From positions 70,370,001 to 70,434,000 of the forward strand of contig NC_042997.1 in NCBI RefSeq assembly GCF_006345805.1: DNA of 64,000 bases, given 5' to 3'. The translations under genes were made by a program, and so were the position numbers. Each line of letters begins with the position of its first letter. The first letter of the stretch is position 1. This document shows positions 55,905 through 64,000 of the stretch, one piece after another. The notes under the pieces were generated by a model. It searched no databases. It saw only the letters and a program-made list of their open reading frames with translations, and was not told the origin of the DNA. The stretch is from Octopus sinensis (Eukaryota).

Positions 55905-56100
55905 CTACCCACAAGGGGCTAAACACAGAGGGGATAAACAAGGACAGACAAACGGATTAGGTCGATTACATCGACCCCAGTGCGTAACTGGTACTTAATT
56001 TATCGACCCCGAAAGGATGAAAGGCAAAGTCGACCTCGGCGGAATTTGAACTCAGAATGTAACGGCAGACGAAATACGGCTACGCATTTCGCCCGGCGTT
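55905..56100 (-). mobile_element. tRNA-derived SINE
   Basis: Reverse complement of the family at 17830-17975. Confidence 0.85.
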
Positions 56101-56389
56101 GCTCCGATGTTTAAAGAATGTTATTAATACAAATCCTGAAATCAATCACAGTTTAATTTTGTAGAATTCTTAAATATACAATTTTAAATATACAATGTGT
56201 CTTTCAATTGGGGTACAAATAAAAAGAGTTTGGGACTTCCAACTAGCGAATATCCTACATGTAATTGCCTACGAGAGAAGCAAGATTAAGTCCAACAACT
56301 TTGAGAGATTGTCGTTGAGATGTGTTTATCGACAATGCAAAACTTAGTTTCCTTGGGAACTGGAGCCGTTTAAAATGAAAGGAGAGGTC

Positions 56390-58075
56390 AGATGGGTTTA
56401 ATGGGATTCGTGAATAAAGACGTCCTCACCCTTCTATTTCCCAGTGATAATTGCTGCTTCTAGGACATGGGGTTGCATCACTTTCACCATTGCACAGGTG
56501 AGATGGATCCAGATTCCTGGGCAACATGCTGGAACCCCCTTTTTAAGTGTTAAGTTGTGTGGTAACATCCTAGATGGCTGTAGAGAATTCAGGAACTCGG
56601 TTGAAAAAAGTACATTTTGGTCCTGATCAATGACAGTGTTGATGGATTTGAAAAACTCTTCTTGACTTGGTAACAGCTGCAAGAGATCCCAATTGATTTT
56701 GTCGATAGCACCATTACGTGGAGCTAAGATGGCTCGCTTACATATCCATTGACTGTTGATAAAGTTTTGTGCAATATTTGGAAAACACACGCATTCTTTT
56801 CTGGTTTGGAGCATAGACAGTTGGTACCATCTCACCACAGAGTACCCTGTATTGCTAATGCAATTCTCCATATAAATGACTAACAGTGGCATCTGGCGTT
56901 GCCTGGACATCAAATTTGTCATTACATATTGGAAGAATAATAACAATAAACGAAAATACAAAATTTACCACTTTTATGAAAGGAAATAAATGTTGAATAA
57001 AATTATGTAAGAGCTTCTGGGTAAACAACATTCTTTTCTGGTTTGGAGCATAGACAAATAAGTCTTGCAAACTACCTACCCTGGAGCAACCAACAAAGTA
57101 GACCGTGAAAAAAATCAAGCCAGTAGAATTCAAAGACTGATCTTTAGCTGTATTAATAGATATTGAAAAGGAAAGTCGCACTGGGAATTCTGTTCGTTTG
57201 AAGTCAAAGGGCATGTCTGTTGGTTTTATTGGAATTCTTGGAACGAAAACCTCTTCCCCAGAAGCACATCCAGTAATGAGGGTAGCTTCTTTTACATTAG
57301 GTGATAATGTCTTCACAATCAACTTTGTTCCATTTAGGAGGATCTAAATTTCTAAGAAGCATTATTGGGACTCCTGCTTTCAGAAAAAGTTTATGTGGCT
57401 CTCTTGAGTAATGGACAGCTTAATTTTCATCAATGACAGATTTATACTTCTTAAAAACTGTTGGAATGTTATTCATTAATTCATGGTTAATTCTTGCTAC
57501 TGTCTCATCTTTTGGATAAAGAATTGCACTTTCACACAACCATTTATGTGAAATATTTTTTTTACTTAAGTCTGTTCCTCAACTGAGCTGGGGAATTCAT
57601 CATGATAGCAATATCAGCCAAACTGATATCATCATTCCTATCAAGTGGTACTTTCCCATTTCCTAATTGGAGGAGGCAGGTTGAAAACTGTTTTGCACAT
57701 TGGTCCCCATGTAATGAAGCTGGCACGTTAGTATTGAAGGAGAATTTCAGTACTTTATTCTACAGGTGTGAAGAAATAATACATGCTTTTAGTTCATCAG
57801 ATCTTGTTCGTCTCACAATGACGGGTAATGTCTGTCTGAAGTCTCCTGATATAACTAATGCAACTCCTCTCATAAATTTATTGTTGTCCCTGATGTCCTG
57901 TAAGGTTTTACCAAGAGCTTCCAATGCACCTCTATGTGATATGGTGCATTCACCCCAAATGATAAGGTGGCATTGACACAATATTTCTGTTGAAACTGAA
58001 TCTTTGATTATGTTACAAATTATGTTACTTGAGACCAGGTTTAGCAGTAATTTAAAAGCAGAATGAGCTCCTCGT
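56390..58075 (-). mobile_element. Helitron PIF1-like helicase remnants (two partial copies in tandem)
   Basis: ATILTGGRGAHSAFKL, GDFRQTLPV, AILAPRN, EFLNSL...PHNLTLKKGVP, VFVPRIP...FPVRLSFSISIN...QSL, VGCSRVG; 3' hairpin-like CAGGCAACGCCAG...CTGTTAG at ~56880-56906. Confidence 0.9.
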
Positions 58076-58264
58076 CCTCCTGTGAGAATGGTGGCAGCAA
58101 AGCCAGACAATGGTACAGTAACTGCAATTTTTTTTTTGTTGCTTTACTTTCGAGAGAAACAATGTTACAAATGTTTTACGTGTATCACCAGGACATCAAG
58201 AAAGAAAATTGCTCTGCCTTTTCTGATGATTGTGGAAAGCCGCCTACGCTCACGCTCGCGCGCG

Positions 58265-58304
<40 letters not shown>

Positions 58305-58650
58305 TATACAGACAGTATCAAACCAGAGATGAAATGGAGGTGAGTGAGAGAGAGAGAGAGAGTGAAGGGGTGTTTTGTCATATATACGTGCATGCATAAA
58401 TAATAGGCGTAATCTTTCTTGTATGTACGTGTGCGTGAGAGACAGGGAGAGAGTGCCACATGACAAAACACACCTCCACTTACTTACAAACACACACACA
58501 CACCATACATAAATGTATACAAACGTACATACAAAAACACGCATGTGTGTGTTACTTATGAATACATAGAGCCGAACCCGTCGTAGAAAAGAGAATAAAT
58601 AATTTTTTTTATGTAAATGAATTAAGTGTGCGAGTTCCAGCATAATAATG

Positions 58651-58734
58651 CCCATAATCTTTGGGCGCCCCATGTTTAATTGCAAAATTTTAACGTGATA
58701 TTTGTGTAATAAAGACATCAAACCTTGAATGTGC

Positions 58735-58780
<46 letters not shown>

Positions 58781-59205
58781 GTGAGTGAGAGAGAGAGGGA
58801 AAGAGAGAATGTGCCGCAATCTATGAATGAGATTGACATGGAATAAAAAAAATCGTATAACTAAAAGCACGGTGAAAAGTGACTTGTACCAAATATTTGA
58901 ATTTGTGAACTTTATAAACATTTCTTTCGGAATTTATCGTAGGTGTTTACAAATAGCGAATTAAAACTTGAAATATAAACATTAAAATTTAAACAGAGAC
59001 AGACTTCATCGTTTTTATGTCAATACCGGAAGTTTGAATCTAATGTCGAGAATTATTCCTATTATTCAGGTCACTGCCTGGAATCGAACTCGGAATTTGG
59101 CGTTAGTAGCCCGCGCTCTTAACCACTACGCTACGGGCATATGGCTTAGTGGTTAAGAGCGCGGGCTACTAACCCCAAGACTCTGAGTTCGATTCCAGGC
59201 AATGA

Positions 59206-59212
<7 letters not shown>
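58651..59212. repeat. Right arm of the inverted repeat, including twin tRNA-like heads (59064-59212)
   Basis: Reverse complement of 54032-54604, with half-specific diagnostic bases preserved. Confidence 0.9.
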
Positions 59213-59266
<54 letters not shown>

Positions 59267-59285
59267 TAATAATAATAATAAAGTG

Positions 59286-59605
59286 AGGGCGCGTGGCTTA
59301 GTGGTTAGGGCATTCGGCTCATGATCGTAAGGTTGTGAGTTCGATTCCCGGCGACGCGTTGTGTCCTTGAGCAAGACACTTTATTTCACGTTGCTCCAGT
59401 CCACTCAGCTGGCAAAAGTGAGTTGTACTTGTATTTCAAAGGGTCAGCCTTGTCACTCTCTGTGTCACGCTGATTATCCCCGAGAACTACGTTAAGGGTA
59501 CACGTGTCTGTGGAATGCTCAGCCATTTGCACGTTCATTTCACGAGCAAGCTGTTCCGTTGATCGTATCAGCTGGGACCCTCGTCGTCGTAACCGGCGGA
59601 GTCTT
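59286..59605 (+). mobile_element. Full-length tRNA-derived CORE-like SINE in (AAT)n
   Basis: A box TGGCTTAGTGG, B box GAGTTCGATTCC, TGTGTCCTTGAGCAAGACAC. Confidence 0.9.
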
Positions 59606-59651
59606 TAATAATAATAAAATAATAATAATAATAATAATAATGATAAAATAA

Positions 59652-61786
59652 CGGTTGTAAAGATCAACTACTCATCAATAAGATGATCTTAGAAGATTGT
59701 CACAAACGACACAAAAACTTATCAATAGCCTGGATAGACTATAAAAAGGCTTACTACATAGCTGGATTAAGAAATGCCTAGAAATGTATAAGATAGCACC
59801 TGCTCTGCGAAACTTTTTGTCTGTAAGTATGAGATCATGGAGAACCACACTAACTTTGAACAGTGACAATGAATCTCTAAATGCTGGTGATGTAAAAATT
59901 TCATGTGGCATTTTCCAGGGTGACTCACTATCACCACTCCTCTTCTGTTTAGCCTTAATACCTCTCTCAAAACTGCTCAATGACGCGCAGTACGGGTATA
60001 AAATGTTTGATAAAAATATAGATCATCTCATTTACATGGATGATTTAAAGCTCTTTGCAAAAAATGACCAACAACTCAAGGGCTTACTAGCGATTGTCAA
60101 ACAATTCAGTGATGACATCAGAATGCAATATGGCCTCGATAAGTGTGCAAAAGCTACCTTTATCAAAGGAAAAATGACAGAAACATCTAACGTTAACCTT
60201 GACCAGCAGAATGTCATAAAAGAATTAGACCCAGCAGAGAACTACAAGTATCTAGGGGTAATTGAAGGAGAAGGAATAAGGCATTCAGAGATGAAGGAAA
60301 GGATCAGGAGAGAATGTTATCGCAGAGTAAGAGCAATACTCAAGACGGAGCTGAATGCGAGAAACAGGATCGAAGCGATCAATGCATTAGCCATACCAGT
60401 TGTGACTTACAGTTTCAATATCGTTAACTGGTCAATTACTGAAATATGTAATCTTGACAGAAAAATTCGAAAACTGTTGACAATGCATAGAATGCACTAC
60501 CCTAAGGCAGATACAGAACGACTTTATCTACCAAGAACATAGGGAGGCCGTGGACTTTTACAACTGGCAATAACAATGAAGATTGCTACAATTGGCCTAG
60601 ACATCTACCTGAAAAACTCTGAGGACTGGATGTTAAAACTTGTCTCAAAACATGAAAACAAGAAAGCATCATACTCAGTAACAAAACAGGCAAAGGAATA
60701 TCTAAGTGAATTCCGAATACAACAAATTTCAGAATTAGAGATAGACATACAAGAAACAGGCACAGAAAAAGCTAAGCGCATGAAAACTCTTGCTAAATCT
60801 GCGGCCTTAGATATTCTGAATGATAAATGGCAAGAAAAACCTCTCTATGGCAAATACCCAAAGAGAGCGAATAATGCAGAAATTGACAAAGCCCTGACCC
60901 ATTAATGGCTAATGGCCTCTGGCTTAAAATCTGAAACAGAGGGGTTTATCATAGCAGCTCAAGATCAATGCCTACCAACAAGAAACTACCAGGCCAACAT
61001 ACTAAAGATCAGAAGCAGTCCAACGTGTCGTGTATGCCAGCAACAAAATGAAACCATTGACCATGTGGTCTCCAAGTGCAGTCTTCTAGCGCCTACAGAG
61101 TATCTCAACAGACACGATAGAGCTTCACAATATATTCACTGAGTAATCTGCAAAAACCTGGAGTTGCCCCATGAAAAAAAAACTAGTGGGAACACAAACC
61201 ACCCCCAGTGCTTGAAAATGACCACATCTCACTCCTCTGGAACTTCACCATTCAAACTGACAGAAGATAGATGCAAATAGGCCAGACATCATATTGAAAG
61301 ACTTCAAACAAAGAACATGCCTCCTCATTGATATGACTGTCCCAATCGATATAAACGTATCTGTCAAGATCTACCAAAAACTGAGCAAATATAAAGATCT
61401 TGAAATAGAAATCAGCAAAATGTGGAACCTGAAGACTAAAACAATACCTGTTGTCATAGGTGCCCTGGGAATGATAGCAAAAGGGGCTGATAGCTACCTA
61501 ACTCAGATACCAGGAAACCCCGAATTGGCAGAAATTCAAAAGATAGTGCTCATGGGAACTGCTCATATCCTACGCAAAATACTCTCTATGTAATCTCAAG
61601 GTTTAAAACAAACTTTAAAAAAAAAAATTATTTATTAGACATTCACTAGTACAACACAAAAAACACCCCAAATATATGGCACACTAGGCATAACAACAAC
61701 GTGAACTTCCAACCTGTTGTCTCTCGAGGTCTCTGGGTGAGACTTGGAGCCAACTTGTACAAACATAAAGCAAAAGTCAAACATAG
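59652..61786 (+). mobile_element. 5'-truncated R4/Dong-clade LINE (RT plus RLE) in (AAT)n
   Basis: [40 protein letters not shown], zinc knuckle, RHD and RLE motifs; several stops and frameshifts. Confidence 0.95.
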
Positions 61787-61803
61787 AATAATAATAATAA
61801 TAA

Positions 61804-61869
<66 letters not shown>

Positions 61870-61898
61870 AAGAAGAAGAAGAAGAAGAAGAAGAAGAA

Positions 61899-62045
61899 CA
61901 TCGAAAAGTACCTTAGGAATGAGAACCCAGGTTTGAAATTTCCCCAAGACACCTTATGAAGGCTGGAGGGTATATGAGACGAAACATTGTGTCAACAAGA
62001 AACAAGATGAGGACAAATATCCTACAAATGCAAATAATGTAAATA
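61899..62045 (+). mobile_element. Penelope-like terminal module with degenerate hammerhead (61948-61993)
   Basis: GACAC-CTTATGA-A-GGCTG...-GAAA-CA-TT-GTGTC. Confidence 0.7.
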
Positions 62046-63339
62046 AGGTATCGAGTGTACTCTCGCTAATCTTATTAGGTCCATTTCACGAACAGTTATT
62101 TGAATGACTCACATCGATATCTCTAACTTATGTCACGGGAATATTGAACTTTAATAATTTATGAAGTTTATCCTATAAATTGAAAGATATCCCTCAGTGT
62201 CTATTGCCTAAAGGGCCGAATGAATGACTTATATCAATGTAACAAGAAATTTCACCGGGCGTGTATCCGTATGGAGACTTTTCGTCATTTAGAAACTTTA
62301 CTGTTTCTTATTCTTCTGAAAATTATATATGTTGTGTGTGATATCGAATTTTATGTTGTACATTATAGTATTTCCAGTCCTTCGGCAGAGAATCTCTGCC
62401 GACGCAGGGGTTGTAGGAGCTTAGCGCTGGCCCTGCTGTAAACAAATTATGGTTTAGGGTTACAGTTAGGATTAGTATTGAGCGAGTATGGTGTTACTGT
62501 AAATATTTACCAAATTTTTATAGTCACAGCTATGTTTATCAGCAACCACCTGATAAGTGTTGGTGTGAATGCGCGCGCGACAAGGCCATACGCAAATTTT
62601 GTTTAGAATATTACTTTTACATACTTGCTGTCAATTCATTGGATTAACCCCAGCGTTTTTGGTAACAAAACAATCTCTCTTCTAATTGTATATTGAAAAG
62701 AGAGAAAATGTCACCCTCTCTTTTGCCAGAGAAATTAATTTTCCCGGTAAGGACTAAACACATTGCTTCATTATCACAATTAAAAAGCGCTTATCTTTAC
62801 TTGAAAAGAAGAGGTGAGGTCGGAGACGTATGACAGAAAATTATTCAATATCGCATTTGCTTCTATGAGAATCGTTTACCTTTAAAACGAGAAAACAAAA
62901 CCGACGTATACAAACACGTAAAACATATTTCTGTTTTCTTTCTCTGTTCATCGGTATATGCTGTAGAAATTTTGCCCGCGCACACACTAATACAAAAAAT
63001 TTCCAAATATTTAGATGCTATTTTTGGTTAGTTCATTTTCAGTTTTAGAGAACGGGATGGGGTGGTGAGGTGTGTGTGGGTCAGTTCTGGAGTGCTTCAT
63101 AGAAAATTTGAAATTAAATGCTTTTATCCCTCATATTTTTAATCTCCGTATTTTTCCGCGTAGATTGAAAAAATAGACAGAGAACACCACTGGAAAATAC
63201 GAAAACTAAAAGAAGCAGCACATATGCTAGGACACAACCTCCTAAACAGGCCGAGTGCAGATATGAGTAGCCTATGGGGACCGGTATTAACGAAGGACAG
63301 GAAAATATTAAATTTATAAGCCCTAAAATTCACTCCATA

Positions 63340-63402
63340 ATTGCTTAGTGTTTAAGAGCGTTGGCTACTAAACCCAAGATTCCGAGTTCGATTCCTGAAT
63401 AC

Positions 63403-63435
<33 letters not shown>

Positions 63436-63575
63436 GAACATAATACCTTAGGAATGAGAACCCAGGTTAGAAATTACCCCAAGACACCTAATGAAGGTTG
63501 GAGGGTATATCAGCTGCAACGTTGTGTTAACAAAGCAAACGAGGACAAATACCCGTCTAATGTAAATAAGGAAAA
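63340..63575 (+). mobile_element. Composite tRNA-like head, (AAT)n and hammerhead module
   Basis: GCTTAGTGTTTAAGAGCG...GAGTTCGATTCC, (AAT)n, GACAC-CTAATGA-A-GGTTG...CAGCT-GCAA-CG-TT-GTGTT. Confidence 0.7.
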
Positions 63576-63579
63576 CAAA

Positions 63580-63850
63580 TTTGGAAAAAAGTAAAAAATT
63601 AAAAATTTAGCGGGGAGGGGTAATTTAAAATTTTGAAAACATGGTTTTTTGTATACTGGGAAACTCCGTCATCGAAAAGATAGGAATCGGCTGGAAAAAG
63701 AAAAAAATATGAATAATCATATGGGGGAGGGGCAAGGGTCAAAATTTGACACCTCTAGAACCTTTACCGAGTAATGAAAAGCCTTCATGCCAAATTCAGT
63801 GCAATGTTATCCAGCAGTTTGGCCGTGCATAGAGTACAAAACAACAATGG
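63580..63850. mobile_element. Possible non-autonomous Helitron-like remnant
   Basis: CATGCCAAATTCAGTGCAATG...CCAGCAGTTTGGCCGTGCATAG resembles termini of non-autonomous Helitrons; recognition only. Confidence 0.35.
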
Positions 63851-64000
63851 TTTCAAATTTCGGCACAACACCAGCAACTTCGGGGAAGCATTTTGTCTGG
63901 CATGGTAACGTTTCTACCAACTGGACGCCTTAGAAATAGTAAATATTGGATCGAAGTTGAAAGAAAAGTTGTTGAAAGGGATTCCTTAATCGGCCTACAA

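Noticed and set aside
62450-62480. TTAGGG-like interstitial telomeric repeat
   Set aside because: Only one exact unit, within degenerate sequence

Overview
Gene-poor, AT-rich and extremely microsatellite-rich eukaryotic DNA. The repeat content (tRNA-derived SINEs with CORE-like and other central domains, (AAT)n-associated R4/Dong LINEs, dense (TA)n/(CTAT)n/(AAT)n) looks like an Octopus/cephalopod intergenic or intronic region; this taxon assignment is inference from repeat recognition. No host protein-coding gene could be supported, and almost all ORF-track entries are translated microsatellites. Real features are transposable elements: a near-intact mariner (9789-11078), several decayed mariners and MITEs, R4/Dong LINE fragments, CR1-type 3' ends, an internally deleted piggyBac, Helitron helicase remnants and many SINEs. 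The main observation is a non-coding ~479-bp head-to-tail array of near-identical units (5521-7557). Each complete unit carries a well-formed type I hammerhead ribozyme on the minus strand, and the array ends in an inverted terminal segment next to (TA)n. This is the architecture of a retrozyme or Penelope-mobilised circular-RNA element. Additional minimal Penelope-type hammerheads are scattered through the window, some as part of a recurring tRNA-head/(AAT)n/hammerhead composite whose AAT linker appears to be a landing site for Dong LINEs.
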